64,000 nucleotides of DNA from Nitrospirota bacterium (GTDB lineage: Bacteria; Nitrospirota; UBA9217). Positions within the stretch are counted from its first letter, which is position 1, and every line of letters starts with the position of its first letter. Below are positions 29,852 to 41,429 of the stretch, in pieces. The notes under the pieces are model-generated. The model ran no database searches. It had not been told where the DNA came from and was given only the letters and a program-made list of their open reading frames with translations. The stretch covers positions 96,001 to 160,000 of the forward strand of contig CAVWHO010000020.1 in assembly GCA_963754875.1 (NCBI GenBank), read 5' to 3'. The translations under genes were made by a program, and so were the position numbers.

Positions 29852-31753
29852 TCATCCCCGCAACACTCTCTTGTCCCCGACCCGCTGCGTCAGCTTCTGC
29901 GAGTCGAAGTATTCCATGAGCGGCACGGCGAACTTGCGCGAAGTTTTGGCCAGATCGCGGAACTCGGCCATGGAGATCTCTTTCTTGTCATCGAGGTACT
30001 TCTTGAGATCGGTCCTGACCTGCTCCAGAACATTTTTGTCGAGATGAATCGAGTCATTTATCCTGACTGTGCGGCCCTCGTCGGAGAGAAGTTTCATCAG
30101 GTCTTTGGCGTCTTTTTCCGTGATGCCGAAGAGAGCAGGGAGCTCTTCCCTGACCGGGGGCTGGGTCCCGCCTTTCGTGATGGCCTCGACGATCTTATTC
30201 TTGACCTCATCCTGGATTGCGCCGCGCGCTGCCTTGAACCCAGGGACCTTGAGCTTCGAACCTTCCGCCTCGATCTGCTTCTTTTTTACGAGTCCATCGA
30301 TCGTCGTGTTCAGGATTTTGGCGGAGACCCGCATTCTGAGCATGCCCTTGAGCTCTTCCTTGTCCAGGCCCGGTTTAAGCGGGTTGTCCTTGTGATACTG
30401 TTTGATAAAGTCGACGACTTTCTTTTCCAATGTCCCGAGATGCGTTGCATGTACATAGAGGTTGTCGACTCTTTGCGCCGTCTTCTTCTGGGTCAACGCT
30501 GCGAGGGCCGAAAGGATCGACTGTTTGTCCGCGGCAACAGCGCCGATGGCCTCTGCTTCTTCCATTCCTGCGAGGCCTTTACCGGAGATGAAGAGCCCCA
30601 GTATCTCTTCGAGCGTTCCTTTTTCGAGCGTGTCCAGGTCCTTGAGAGATTCCTGCATTGTCGCGGTTTTGTGCCGCCGCGTGTGGGGGGTCAGGACCAT
30701 GCCGCCGCCTAGGGTTTCCATGGGAGAATAGAAGCGGAGGATGTACCGGTCTCCGTGCTGGACGATCACGGGTTGGTCGAGCCGGAGTTGGACGTACGTT
30801 TCCTCGCCGGGAGCAATAACGTTCGACCCGAGGACGGTGATCCTGCCGATGGCCTCCTGCGTGGTGTTATAAAATCTGATGCGCGCGCCGGTTTTGAGTC
30901 CCCGCGGGGCCTGCTTCAAGAGATCGAGTTTTGCATCCAGCGTTTTGGTCGGTGTGAAGAACCCGGCGCTCACAATGGTATCTCCGCGCGAAAGTTGGTT
31001 TTTCTCAATCCCCTGAAGGTTTACGGCCGTACGCTGACCGGCAACGGAGCGCTGTACTGCCTGGTTATGGGACTGCATGCCTCGTACCTTCGTTTTGATG
31101 CCCTTCGGCACGATCTCTATCTCCTGGTCCGTGCTGATCGTGCCCGAGAGCAGCGTGCCGGTGATGACCGTGCCGAAGCCTTTCATGGTGAATACGCGGT
31201 CGATGGGAAGCCGCAGGATGCCGTTCGATGATTTCGGGGCAACTTCATTCGAAAGTTTCGCCAGCTCCGCGACGAGCGCAGGGAGGTTTTCCCCGGTTTT
31301 GGACGAGACAGGGACGATGGTGGATTTTTCCAGGAACGTGCCCTTGACGAAGTCGCGCACCTCGTCCTGCACTAGGGCAAGCCAGTCCTTTTCGACCATA
31401 TCCGTTTTGGTGAGGGCGATGATGCCTTTTTTGACGCGAAGGAGATCGCAGATGGCAAGATGCTCGCGGGTCTGGGGCATGATGCCTTCGTCGGCTGCGA
31501 TCACGAGCATGACGATGTCGATGCCGCCCACGCCGGCGAGCATGTTCTTGATCAGGCCTTCATGGCCGGGAACGTCGACGATGCCGAGGCGGTTGCCGCC
31601 GGGCAGATCGAGGGAAGCGAACCCGAGGTCGAGCGTGATGCCGCGCTCTTTTTCTTCTTTAAGGCGGTCCGGGTCAGTACCGGTCAGGGCCTTGACGAGG
31701 CTGGATTTTCCGTGGTCGATATGTCCGGCAGTGCCGAGGATGATGTATTTCAT
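29852..31753 (-). CDS. selB: Selenocysteine-specific elongation factor
   Basis: GTAGHIDHGKS, DVPGHE, C-terminal SRKFAVPLMEYFD winged helix. Confidence 0.97.
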   Translation of the reverse strand: MKYIILGTAGHIDHGKSSLVKALTGTDPDRLKEEKERGITLDLGFASLDLPGGNRLGIVDVPGHEGLIKNMLAGVGGIDIVMLVIAADEGIMPQTREHLAICDLLRVKKGIIALTKTDMVEKDWLALVQDEVRDFVKGTFLEKSTIVPVSSKTGENLPALVAELAKLSNEVAPKSSNGILRLPIDRVFTMKGFGTVITGTLLSGTISTDQEIEIVPKGIKTKVRGMQSHNQAVQRSVAGQRTAVNLQGIEKNQLSRGDTIVSAGFFTPTKTLDAKLDLLKQAPRGLKTGARIRFYNTTQEAIGRITVLGSNVIAPGEETYVQLRLDQPVIVQHGDRYILRFYSPMETLGGGMVLTPHTRRHKTATMQESLKDLDTLEKGTLEEILGLFISGKGLAGMEEAEAIGAVAADKQSILSALAALTQKKTAQRVDNLYVHATHLGTLEKKVVDFIKQYHKDNPLKPGLDKEELKGMLRMRVSAKILNTTIDGLVKKKQIEAEGSKLKVPGFKAARGAIQDEVKNKIVEAITKGGTQPPVREELPALFGITEKDAKDLMKLLSDEGRTVRINDSIHLDKNVLEQVRTDLKKYLDDKKEISMAEFRDLAKTSRKFAVPLMEYFDSQKLTQRVGDKRVLRG

Positions 31754-31757
31754 ATAT

Positions 31758-31857
31758 CAGAAGCCAGAAGAGAGAAGTCAGAATTCAGAATACAGAAGGA
31801 AGGCGAATAATCGATTCGGTTTTCTCCTGACTACCGGCTCCTGGCTGCTGACTCCTG
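31758..31857. repeat. Degenerate heptamer tandem repeats in two opposing arms
   Basis: CAGAAGC-CAGAAGA-GAGAAGT-CAGAATT-CAGAATA followed by CTCCTGA-like units. Confidence 0.55.
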
Positions 31858-33252
31858 AAGTATTCTCCTTAATGCCCCCACGATCTTTCCGATCTCTTCG
31901 TCATTCAGCGTCCGCGGGTCGAAAATGACCATGCCTTCCTTGATGCGCGTAATGATGTGCGGCTTGCCGAGGCGCAAGCCGGATTCGATCTGGTTTGCGC
32001 TCAGGCGCTCGTGCCGGATGCAGACGGTCCTGGTCGGGAAGTTTCCCGTGGGTAGAGCGCCGCCGCCGCTCTGCGAGGTGTCGTCCTGCAGAGAGACCGT
32101 AATGCCCGGGTTTCCGATTTGCCTGATGCCGTCGGACAAGAGGACGGCTTTTCGTTCGATCTCGGAAAGCGGCTGGGTCAGCATCCAGAGCGTGGGGATT
32201 TCTTTTATCGCCTTGTCCCTGTCCAGGTACTGGCGGAGCGTAGCGTCGAGCGCAGCAAGCGTGAGTTTGTCGATCCTGAGCGCGCGGGCAAGGGGATTGG
32301 ACCGGATCGGGTCGAGATAGATTTTTTTGCCGAGGATCATGCCGGCCTGAGGGCCGCCCAGGAGCTTGTCTCCGCTGAAGGTGAGCACGTCGACTCCGGC
32401 ATCGACGGCCTGCTGGACGGTCGGCTCATCTCCCGCGCCATAGGGCGAAAGGTCGATGAAACTGCCGCTGCCCAGGTCCCACATGACGGGCAGGCTGTGT
32501 TTTTTGCCGAGCTTCGCGAGTTCTCCCGCAGGGACCTCTTTCGTGAAGCCGACTATTTTATAATTGCTCGTATGGACCTTGAGGATCAGGCCGGTGTTCT
32601 CATTGATCGCTTTTTCATAGTCTTTGAGATGGGTCTTGTTCGTCGTGCCGACTTCGTGCAAGATTGCCCCGCTCCGCTCCATTACATCGGGTACGCGGAA
32701 CGAGCCGCCGATCTCCACCAGTTCGCCTCGGGACACGATGACCTCTTTGCCGCGGGCGAGAGTGTTCAAACAGAGGAGCACCGCTGCCGCATTGTTATTG
32801 ACTGCCGTGGCGGCCTCGACGCCGGTGAGGCGGGTGAGGATGCTCTCTACGTGCACGTGGCGTTTGCCGCGCTCACCTGCGGGGATGGCGTACTCAAGGT
32901 TGGAGTAGCTGCGGCTCATTTCAACGACGCGCTCTATTGCCTTTTCGGACAGAAGGGAACGGCCGAGGTTCGTATGAACGATGACGCCCGTCGCATTGAT
33001 GACCGGACAAAGGCTCGGTGCGGAGAGTTCCCCCAGGATCGTGTCCGTCTGGTCGAGGATTTCAGGCAGGGAGACCGTCGGTTGATGCGATCCGTTTTTC
33101 TCTCCCTGGAGGATGGCCTTGCGCCGTCTGTCGATGGCGGTCCTGATCGCTTCGAGCACGAGGACGCGCGGGTGTGTTTCAAGCCACTGCCTGGCCCTGT
33201 TTTCCTTCAGGATTTCGTCAACTGAGGGAAGTTGTCTCAACAATTCCTTCAT
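31831..33252 (-). CDS. selA: L-seryl-tRNA(Sec) selenium transferase
   Basis: NATGVIVHTNLGR, VNNNAAA, SRGELVEIGGSFR, FSGDKLLGGPQAG. Confidence 0.97.
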   Translation of the reverse strand: MKELLRQLPSVDEILKENRARQWLETHPRVLVLEAIRTAIDRRRKAILQGEKNGSHQPTVSLPEILDQTDTILGELSAPSLCPVINATGVIVHTNLGRSLLSEKAIERVVEMSRSYSNLEYAIPAGERGKRHVHVESILTRLTGVEAATAVNNNAAAVLLCLNTLARGKEVIVSRGELVEIGGSFRVPDVMERSGAILHEVGTTNKTHLKDYEKAINENTGLILKVHTSNYKIVGFTKEVPAGELAKLGKKHSLPVMWDLGSGSFIDLSPYGAGDEPTVQQAVDAGVDVLTFSGDKLLGGPQAGMILGKKIYLDPIRSNPLARALRIDKLTLAALDATLRQYLDRDKAIKEIPTLWMLTQPLSEIERKAVLLSDGIRQIGNPGITVSLQDDTSQSGGGALPTGNFPTRTVCIRHERLSANQIESGLRLGKPHIITRIKEGMVIFDPRTLNDEEIGKIVGALRRILQESAARSR

Positions 33253-33402
33253 AGCGGTAACATAGCATAGCCGATGGGTAATTTCAACAGGGCATTTCCC
33301 AGTTTATTTGGGCCTCCCTTTTTGCTCTTGACATCCTGGCGATAATATGTCAATTTTATGCGCAGAAAGCAAATAAATCCTGATCACGATGAGGTGCTGC
33401 TC

Positions 33403-34410
33403 ATGAACAGACGTTCATTTATCAAGGGTGCAGCTGCCGCGGGCGCAGCGCTTGCGGTCGGGGACCTGTTCATCCCTTTTGCCGAGGCGGTGGATGTTCC
33501 CAAGTTCAACTTCGTCCACATGACGGACCTGCATCTCGATGTCAGGGGAGAAAGCAGCTGGCAGCACCGGGCAGAAAGCGTGCCCCTGTTCATCGACGCG
33601 CTGCGCCAGTTGTCCCATCTGCCCAAACTGAACTTCATTGTCTTCGGCGGGGACCAGGTCCACTACAGCCCGAATGACAAAGAATCTCTCGCTGTGTTCC
33701 AGAAGTGGGCGTCCCACCTTGACATGCCCTATTATATATTGCTCGGCAATACGGAGGTGTCGCCGATCAGGGGTGTATCGAAACTGGGCAAGGACGATTA
33801 TCTCAAAGCATGGAGCGGGAGAGGGCTCAAGCCGGGGAACTCATCATGGGCGTTTGATCCCGTGCATGGCGTACGGGTCATCGGTTTTGACGTTACCGTG
33901 GACGGCAGTCCCCACGGCGAAGCAACTGCCGACGGTCTGAAATGGCTAGAAAACGAGCTCAAAGCGAACCATAAAAAGAAGCTCATCATCGTCTTCACCC
34001 ACCAACTGCTCATGCCGACGACGCAGAAGGATGACAGCCCTGAATGGTCGTTCTGGATGGTGAAGAACCACGAAAAGGTCCGCAGCGTTCTCGATCAGTA
34101 TCCGAATGTACGACTTGTCGTCTCAGGACATCATCATGTGTCCCGTGTCATAACCTCCGGCAGGATCACCTATGTCGCCGACCCTGCCGTTGTGTCCTAT
34201 CCCTGCGCGTTCCGTTCCTACGCCGTGACGAGGGAGGGCATTCACCTGAAAAACATCAGTCTCGACGACAAGGCTACGGTGGACAAGGCATTGGAACTGC
34301 TCGTTACCGACCCCTATGCCAAGATGTACGACGCAGCCGATCCGAAAAAAGCGGCCGACTACAGCGCCGGCTTGACACCGAAGGACCGGGAGACGACGAT
34401 AAAAATATAA
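33403..34410 (+). CDS. Tat-exported calcineurin-like metallophosphoesterase
   Basis: NRRSFIK signal; TDLH, GGD, LGN, SGHHH motifs. Confidence 0.88.
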   Translation: MNRRSFIKGAAAAGAALAVGDLFIPFAEAVDVPKFNFVHMTDLHLDVRGESSWQHRAESVPLFIDALRQLSHLPKLNFIVFGGDQVHYSPNDKESLAVFQKWASHLDMPYYILLGNTEVSPIRGVSKLGKDDYLKAWSGRGLKPGNSSWAFDPVHGVRVIGFDVTVDGSPHGEATADGLKWLENELKANHKKKLIIVFTHQLLMPTTQKDDSPEWSFWMVKNHEKVRSVLDQYPNVRLVVSGHHHVSRVITSGRITYVADPAVVSYPCAFRSYAVTREGIHLKNISLDDKATVDKALELLVTDPYAKMYDAADPKKAADYSAGLTPKDRETTIKI

Positions 34411-34457
34411 GATCGGGTGATGCCTCCGCATAATGAGCCGACTTTTTCCCCCTGTCC

Positions 34458-36603
34458 TTACTCTTGCGCCAGTGAAAAATCGATCCGCTTCCTCGCCGTA
34501 TCCACGCGGTCGACGCGAACCCTGACTCGTCACCGATCCGGTAAACGCTTTTTTTCTGTTCTCCCCGCAGGCAGTGCAGCTTTTCGACGAAATGATAGTA
34601 GTCGTCGGTCAGCGTCGAGACATGCACCAGCCCCTCGACGAAAAGCTCACTGAGCTGTACGAAAAAGCCGAATTGAACCACGCCGGTAATGATCCCGCCG
34701 TACACCTCTCCCAGCTTGTCCTCCATGAACCGGAGTTTCAGCATCGTGATCACGTCGCGCTCCGCCTCCATGGCCTTGCGTTCCCGCTGTGAACAATGCA
34801 GTCGCAGCCTCGGGCAGTTTTTCGGCGAGCGCCTCGACGAAGGCCTCGTCCCTGAGCTTGCCCCGCATGTCCGCCTTCAGGATGCGGTGGACGATGAGAT
34901 CGGGATAACGTCTGATCGGCGAGGTGAAGTGCGTATAGGTTTCCGCGGCGAGGCCGAAGTGGCCGACATTTTCCTCGGAGTACCGCGCCTGCTTCATCGT
35001 GCGCAGGAGGACGGTGTTGATCAGCGTTTCCTCGGGGGTGCCCTTGGCTTTGGCCAGCGCCTTCTGCAGGTGCACGGGCTTGAGCTTCTTTCCCGCAGGC
35101 AGCGAAATGCCGAGCGTGGCGAGGAACTCGACGAGGTCCGCCAGTTTTTCTTCATCCGGTTCTTCGTGGATGCGGTATACGAAAGGCGCTTCCTTGTTTT
35201 CGATGTGGTGAGCTACGGTTTCGTTCGCAGCGAGCATGAATTCCTCAATGATCTGGTGCGCCATATTACGCTCGGCCCTGATGATGTCGGTCATGCGCCC
35301 CTGCAGGTCGAGCACGAGTTCCGGTTCGGGAAGGTCGAAGTCGATACTCCCGCGTTTCGTCCTTTTCGCCCGGAGAATATCCATCACCTCGGCCATCAAA
35401 TCGAACTCGGCGAGAAGCCCGGCGTACCGCTTCCGCTGCGCCGGGTCACGGTCCACGAGGATTTCGCGCACCGCCGTGTAGGTCATGCGTTCGTTGCTGT
35501 TGATGACGCTCTCATAGATGTCGTAGCGCAGGATGTCCGCCCGCAGGAGAAATGTCCATTTCGCAGGTGAGGGTGAGCCGGTCTACGTTCGGGTTCAAAC
35601 TGCAGATGCCGTTCGACAGCTGCATGGGGAGCATGGGGATGACACGGTCGGGAAAATAGACGCTCGTGCCGCGCTGGTAGGCCTCCTCGTCCAGCATGGT
35701 CTTTTCCTTGACATACTGCGCGACGTCGGCGATATGGACCCAGAGGCGGTAGCCGTTTTTGATCCGGGTTATCGAGACGGCGTCATCGAAGTCACGCGCT
35801 TTCTCTCCGTCGATGGTCACCGTGGGCAGGTCCCGGAGGTCCTTCCTGTTTTTCCGCAGAGCCGGAGTGACCTGCTGGGGAACGTCCGCTGCTTCGAGTA
35901 CGGCTGCGGGAGAGAACTGCGTCGGCAGCTCATACTGTTCTATGATCAGCTCCGAGTCGATGCCGGGATCGCCCGGTTTGCCGATGATCCTGACGATCCT
36001 GCCTTCCGGCGGTCTGTTTCGCAGGGGGTAGGCAATGATATCGGCTGCCACGATATCGCCCGGTTTCGCCTCGCCGGCATTCTCGCGGCCGATGATGAGG
36101 TCATGGGTGATCCGCGTATCAAAGGGCGACAGGAACCCGAAACCGCCGGTCCGCGGCCCGGGCAGCTCGTAGGTGCCGACCACCCTGGTCAGGGCGCGTT
36201 CGAGGACGCGCACGATCATGCCCTCGCGTTTGCCTTCGGTTTTTTTTCGTCCTGCAGAAGGCGTGACGCGGACCACGACCTTGTCGCCGTTCATGGCGTC
36301 GAGCGTGCTCCGCGCGGAAACGTAGACGTCGGTTTTTCCCTTTTTCTCAGGAATCACGAAACCGTACCCCTGGGGATGGGCCTGGAAGATGCCGGTTTCG
36401 AGGTCCATTTTCTCGGGCAGACCGTATCGGTTTCCGCGCGTTTTGATGATCTCGCCGGTGAGCACAAGCTCGTTCAGCACTTGCTTCAAGTCGCGGCGGT
36501 CATCGGCCTTGAGCCGAAGCAGCCGCATGAGCTCGCGCACGAGCATGGGCTTGCCTGCCCTGGCCTTGATTAATTCGATGATCTGTTTGTGGGTGTATTT
36601 CAT
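34458..36603 (-). CDS. rnr: Ribonuclease R (about three frameshifts)
   Basis: TIDGEKARDFDDA, IEEFMLAAN, YTHFTSPIRRYPDL, S1 domain; spread over several frames. Confidence 0.93.
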
Positions 36604-36701
36604 AATTTTCCTAGAAGGGAGCCTTGACAGGAGCTTGTTACCAATTAGAGGAAATCAATAGGGATAGAATTTTACCCCGTCTCTTGCCTGACGTATGCTA
36701 T

Positions 36702-37106
36702 TTACTTTTTTCCCATTATTAACAGCTTGCCCTTTGCTTCCGCAATCACTACCGGTCCCCGTTCGATTTTTGCTTCTGCCAGGATCAAACGCCTGGTTTC
36801 CTGCGTCAGCCTGCCGGTGACGAGCAGCTCCTGGCCCGGAGCAGTAGACGCCTTGAACTTGACCGTGATCTCGGCAGTCACTGCCGGGAGCCCCACGGCA
36901 AAGGCCAGCTTTGCCATGGCCTCGTCGAGCAGAGACGAGAGGATGCCTCCGTGGACGATCCCTTCGTAGCCCTGGTGGGCGTCAACTGGGATGAATGCTG
37001 CCTTGATGGTGCGTGCGTCCTTGTCTATTTCGAAATCGACGGCAAGGCCGATAGGATTTTTTTTGCCGCATACATAGCAGCTTTGGTTGTCGCGGAGCTG
37101 GTTCAT
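36702..37106 (-). CDS. PaaI-family thioesterase
   Basis: CYVCGKKNPIGL, HGGILSSLLDE. Confidence 0.88.
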   Translation of the reverse strand: MNQLRDNQSCYVCGKKNPIGLAVDFEIDKDARTIKAAFIPVDAHQGYEGIVHGGILSSLLDEAMAKLAFAVGLPAVTAEITVKFKASTAPGQELLVTGRLTQETRRLILAEAKIERGPVVIAEAKGKLLIMGKK

Positions 37107-37231
37107 GGAGTATTAAGACAAGTAACAGGACATGCCGGACAACAGAATAAATTCGATTTTCACGCTCGTTCTCTCGAAGTGCCTCTAGCTTGTTCTTGTA
37201 TCTCCCGTTACTAGTCAGTATAATATAAAAA

Positions 37232-40200
37232 ATGTCTTTTGACAATCAGATAAGGTTGACAACAGCAGAGCTGGACGCAGCAGGGATCCTCAACGCAGCG
37301 CAGGCGTTTCGGAATTTTGACCTTCTGCAATCGGAGCTGGGGCAGGACGGCTGTTCCGTGCTGCTGCGACCGCTGTTGAACGAGCTGTCACGGTCGGCGG
37401 ATCCCGATCTCGCACTGAATAATTTTGAACGTTACGCGGGCGCGCTCAATAACAAGATCCAGCGGTTAGTATCACTTTGCCGCGCCCGCCCAGATATCCT
37501 TCATTCCCTCGTTACCATCCTCGGCGCAAGCCGGTTCCTTTCTACCTATCTCATCACCAGTGCAGATGATAGTTTGGCCTTCCTGGAGGCCCCCGATTTT
37601 CTTACACCTCCCGCGGGCAAAGAGGCACTGTTCAAACGGCTGGACGTCATGATCAACGAAGTTCGTGACGACGCAGGCTTCGTCCGAACGCTTCGCATGT
37701 TCCGCAAACAGGAAATGCTCAGGATCGGTTTGCGCGACCTGCTTGGCAAGGCAGACCTCCAGGAGATCGTAGGGGAACTGTCCGACCTGGCAGAGGCCTG
37801 TCTCGAACATGCCTCTGCATGGATGGACGCCGGTCTCCGGAAGCGATACGGCAGGCCGGTCATTCTTCATGACGATGGAAGCACGACGGGTGCCGGTTTT
37901 GCGGTCATCGCCATGGGGAAGCTCGGGGGTCGGGAATTGAACTTCAGTTCCGACATAGATCTTATGTACGTCTACACGTCTGATGGTGAGACGGAGGGGA
38001 CGCTGTCCGCCGCCGGCGCCATGACGAACCGCATCACGAACCATCAGTATTTCATTAAACTCGCGGAAAAAATGACCGCGGCAATAGGCCAGAAGACCGA
38101 GGACGGGTTCGTGTTTCGCGTTGATCTCCGGCTGCGGCCCGAGGGGCAGCGCGGACCGCTGGCGCAGAGTCTGGGCGGGTACGAGATCTACTACGAATCG
38201 TGGGGCCAGACCTGGGAACGGTCGGCGCTGATCAAGGCCAGGCCCGTGGCAGGCGATGAGACTGTGGGCAGGGAGTTTCAGAACAGGATCTCCCCATTCG
38301 TGTACCGGAAATACCTCGACTACAGCGCTATCGCCGAGATCCGCGACATGAAACAGAAGATCAACAAGGACGTGGAGCAGAAAGGAAAGACATTTCGCGA
38401 CGTCAAGCTCGGCTATGGGGGCATCCGCGAGATCGAATTCGTGATCCAGGCTCTCCAACTCATCTATGCAGGGAGGGACCGGTCGCTGCGGGAGAGAAAC
38501 GCGTTGAAGGCCCTGCACATGCTCTCGCAAAAGGGCCTGATCACCTACCAGGAGCACGAAATCCTCGCGAAGGCCTACGTATTTCTTCGTACAGTGGAGC
38601 ACCGAATCCAGATCCTCGACGATCTTCAAACGCAGACGCTGCCGTCAGATGAGCGCGAGTTACGGGCCCTTGCCCGGCGTACGGGATATCTTGAACGGGG
38701 GAGAGAGGCGGAACTGCTGCTTCGGGACTACGCGGACCATACGCGAAAGGTACGAAGCATTTACGACAACCTGTTTTCCTTCACCGGAGAAGAGGGGGGG
38801 CCGCAATCGCCGACCAAAGACTATTCTGCGCTGCTCGATCCGGAAACGTCTGAGCAGGAGTCGGTCCCCCTCCTCGGGAGGCTCGGGTTCCGCGACCCCG
38901 GGAAAGCATATCGGAACCTGCTCTTGCTTCGTGACGGCGAAGCATTTGTTCATCAGACTCCCCGCAGCCGCAAGCTGTTCAATGAAATGTTCCCGCAGCT
39001 CTTCGACGAGATCATCGCATCACCGGATCCTGATATGGCATTGAACCACTTCGAATCGTTCCTTGCGGCCCAGGGCTCCTGGGACGCGATTCAGTCCCTG
39101 GTAAAAATCGATACGTCGGCCCTTCGTGTCCTGGTTGCCGTTTTTGCAAACAGCGAGTATTTGTCGAGAATGCTCGTCAGCCGGCCGCAGTACCTGCAAA
39201 ACCTGCTCGAGTCCCGCCGGGCTTCAGGCGCGGGTACCTGTGCGAAATTTGCGAAGGACCTGGCGGATACCCTCGAACTCGCAGAGGACACAACGGAGAA
39301 ACTCGATGCGCTGAGACGGTTCAAACACCAGGAGGAAATCAGGATTGGGATGGCGGACCTCCTTTCTCACGCGCAGCCCATGACGGTGTTCCATGACTTG
39401 TCGAAGCTCGCTGAAGTGTGCCTCGACGCCGCCCTTGACCTGGCCGCAAAGGAAACGGGAAAACGATACGGCGGCACAGGTTCTCTTTCCGGCCTTGCCG
39501 TCATCGGTGTGGGCAAGCTGGGCGGCAGAGAACTTACGTATGGATCGGACCTCGATATTCTGTTTGTATTTTCCGAACCCCGCGCCGCCGCGCCCCCCAC
39601 GGGCCTGACGGTCTTCGAGTATTTCAATAAGGTGGCGGAAAAAACACTGGCCTATTTATCAACGCTCACCCGGGAAGGGTTTGTCTTCCGCATGGATACG
39701 CGGCTGCGACCGACGGGATCCAAAGGACCGCTCGTACAGAGCATCACAGCGTTCAAACAATACTATGCAGAACAGGCCGAGACCTGGGAGCTCCAATCCG
39801 TACTTCAGGCGAGGTGTGTGGCAGGTGACCGGATGGTGGGTGCTGAGTTCACGACGGCCATTCAGAACCTGATCTATCAGAAGCGTGACCACGCGGCGCT
39901 CGCCCGCGACGTCCTTGCGATGCGTCAACGTATGGAAGAAGAAATCGGCAGGGAAAGTCCGGCCCTTTACAATATCAAACAAGGCGCGGGAGGAATTGTA
40001 GACATCGAATTCCTGGTCCAATATCTTCAGCTCTTGTACGGACATGAGCACGCATTGCTGCGGGTCCCCGGCACGTACAATGCCCTTCGCGCTCTCCAGA
40101 AAAGGAAACTCATTAAGTCCGGCACGTACGATGTCTTGAAACGGGCTTATCTCTTTATGCGTCAGTTGGAAAGCAGGATGCGTATCATCTCGAACCAGGC

Positions 40201-40369
40201 CACGAGCGAGTTGAGCAGAGACCCCGAAAAACTGCATCTGCTTGCGCGCCGAATGGGATATGCAGACTCGGACAGTTCAGCCGGACAGAAACTTCTTTCA
40301 GAGTATGAACGTCTGAGCCTCAAGGTGAGGGAAATATATGATCAGGTTCTTCGCACAGGAGCTGGATGA
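37232..40369 (+). CDS. glnE: Glutamine synthetase adenylyltransferase
   Basis: Two nucleotidyltransferase repeats: MGKLGGRELNFSSDIDL and GKLGGRELTYGSDLD; DLRLRP. Confidence 0.96.
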   Translation: MSFDNQIRLTTAELDAAGILNAAQAFRNFDLLQSELGQDGCSVLLRPLLNELSRSADPDLALNNFERYAGALNNKIQRLVSLCRARPDILHSLVTILGASRFLSTYLITSADDSLAFLEAPDFLTPPAGKEALFKRLDVMINEVRDDAGFVRTLRMFRKQEMLRIGLRDLLGKADLQEIVGELSDLAEACLEHASAWMDAGLRKRYGRPVILHDDGSTTGAGFAVIAMGKLGGRELNFSSDIDLMYVYTSDGETEGTLSAAGAMTNRITNHQYFIKLAEKMTAAIGQKTEDGFVFRVDLRLRPEGQRGPLAQSLGGYEIYYESWGQTWERSALIKARPVAGDETVGREFQNRISPFVYRKYLDYSAIAEIRDMKQKINKDVEQKGKTFRDVKLGYGGIREIEFVIQALQLIYAGRDRSLRERNALKALHMLSQKGLITYQEHEILAKAYVFLRTVEHRIQILDDLQTQTLPSDERELRALARRTGYLERGREAELLLRDYADHTRKVRSIYDNLFSFTGEEGGPQSPTKDYSALLDPETSEQESVPLLGRLGFRDPGKAYRNLLLLRDGEAFVHQTPRSRKLFNEMFPQLFDEIIASPDPDMALNHFESFLAAQGSWDAIQSLVKIDTSALRVLVAVFANSEYLSRMLVSRPQYLQNLLESRRASGAGTCAKFAKDLADTLELAEDTTEKLDALRRFKHQEEIRIGMADLLSHAQPMTVFHDLSKLAEVCLDAALDLAAKETGKRYGGTGSLSGLAVIGVGKLGGRELTYGSDLDILFVFSEPRAAAPPTGLTVFEYFNKVAEKTLAYLSTLTREGFVFRMDTRLRPTGSKGPLVQSITAFKQYYAEQAETWELQSVLQARCVAGDRMVGAEFTTAIQNLIYQKRDHAALARDVLAMRQRMEEEIGRESPALYNIKQGAGGIVDIEFLVQYLQLLYGHEHALLRVPGTYNALRALQKRKLIKSGTYDVLKRAYLFMRQLESRMRIISNQATSELSRDPEKLHLLARRMGYADSDSSAGQKLLSEYERLSLKVREIYDQVLRTGAG

Positions 40370-40857
40370 ATTTATACCTTTGCCGCTCAGAGACATTTGG
40401 GGATCTCGTAAGAAGTCTTTATTTCCCCGGGGCGGGGTACATGAAGAAAGGACCTTGATAATGAAGGCTTTTTCTCTTTTGTGACTTCGTGGCTTTGTGT
40501 GAGACTGGAATTTTAGGACTTTATCAACGTTGGTGAAGATGAGGAAGTTGCCGCTGCTGCTCGTCGGCAGGCATTCCACAAGATAACGCACTGAAACAGA
40601 AGGATTTCGGGCAAGCCCCCCCTCGCACTTGCCATAATGCGGTGGCAGGCGGAATGATTGGGAAAAGGTTTATCACGAGTCATCGAAGAAACGCTTTCTA
40701 TATATAATATATAGGAACTGCTATAGGGACAGGGCAGTCGTCGCAACAACTACCAGCATTTACATTCAGTCTTCTCGCCTCCAGACTGCACTCGCTTAAT
40801 ATAATCCGAAAATTACATTGTTTACAGTATACGCTCCTGAATCCCGCGACTTGCAAT

Positions 40858-40887
40858 CCCCCGGCTCCTGCCGGAGGTGGCTTCACT
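40858..40887. repeat. Solo IS200/IS605-end-like or REP-like hairpin
   Basis: CCCCCGGC-TCCT-GCCGGAGG followed by TGGCTTCAC; no transposase adjacent. Confidence 0.35.
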
Positions 40888-41095
40888 TATATTCTTAACT
40901 GAAGGACGTTTTCCATTTTTTTTGGAAGTGACAAAAAATGCTATTTTATGTCAAAAAAACTGAAACACAAAAAAGCACAATATATCAATATGTTTTGTTG
41001 TGTAGGTCGTTAAAATGAGAAATATAGCGACGGAAATTTGGCGCCTTCTTCGCACAGTAAATATTTAATTCATTGATTTATTGGACAAAAGTATA

Positions 41096-41111
41096 TGGCA
41101 AGATAATTGCT
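41096..41111 (+). promoter_or_regulatory. Sigma-54 promoter
   Basis: TGGCAAGATAATTGCT (GG-N10-GC) in an AT-rich upstream region. Confidence 0.7.
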
Positions 41112-41429
41112 TTTTAGCAGCAAGATAATATTAGTCGCTCACGGAGTTTCTATTTTTCTTGTCTGGATAGCCTAACAGTCAGCTGAAAAAGTTTTTGAGA
41201 GGTTCGACAGCCCCACTACAAACGGACAAAAAAATCAATCGCTTCGATACTCCCGTGGTTCGCTCTGTCAGGCAAAAAATGAGCAAGGAAGAGTGCCACG
41301 CCAGCACGCTAAAGTTTTTCCATAGGTATCCGATAAGAGGGAAGGTCATAGCTTTTACTTTAGTAAGCCTATTCGGGAAATTAATTTGTTGGGGAAGTAT
41401 TAAACTCGAGTTAGATAAGGAGGAGGAAC

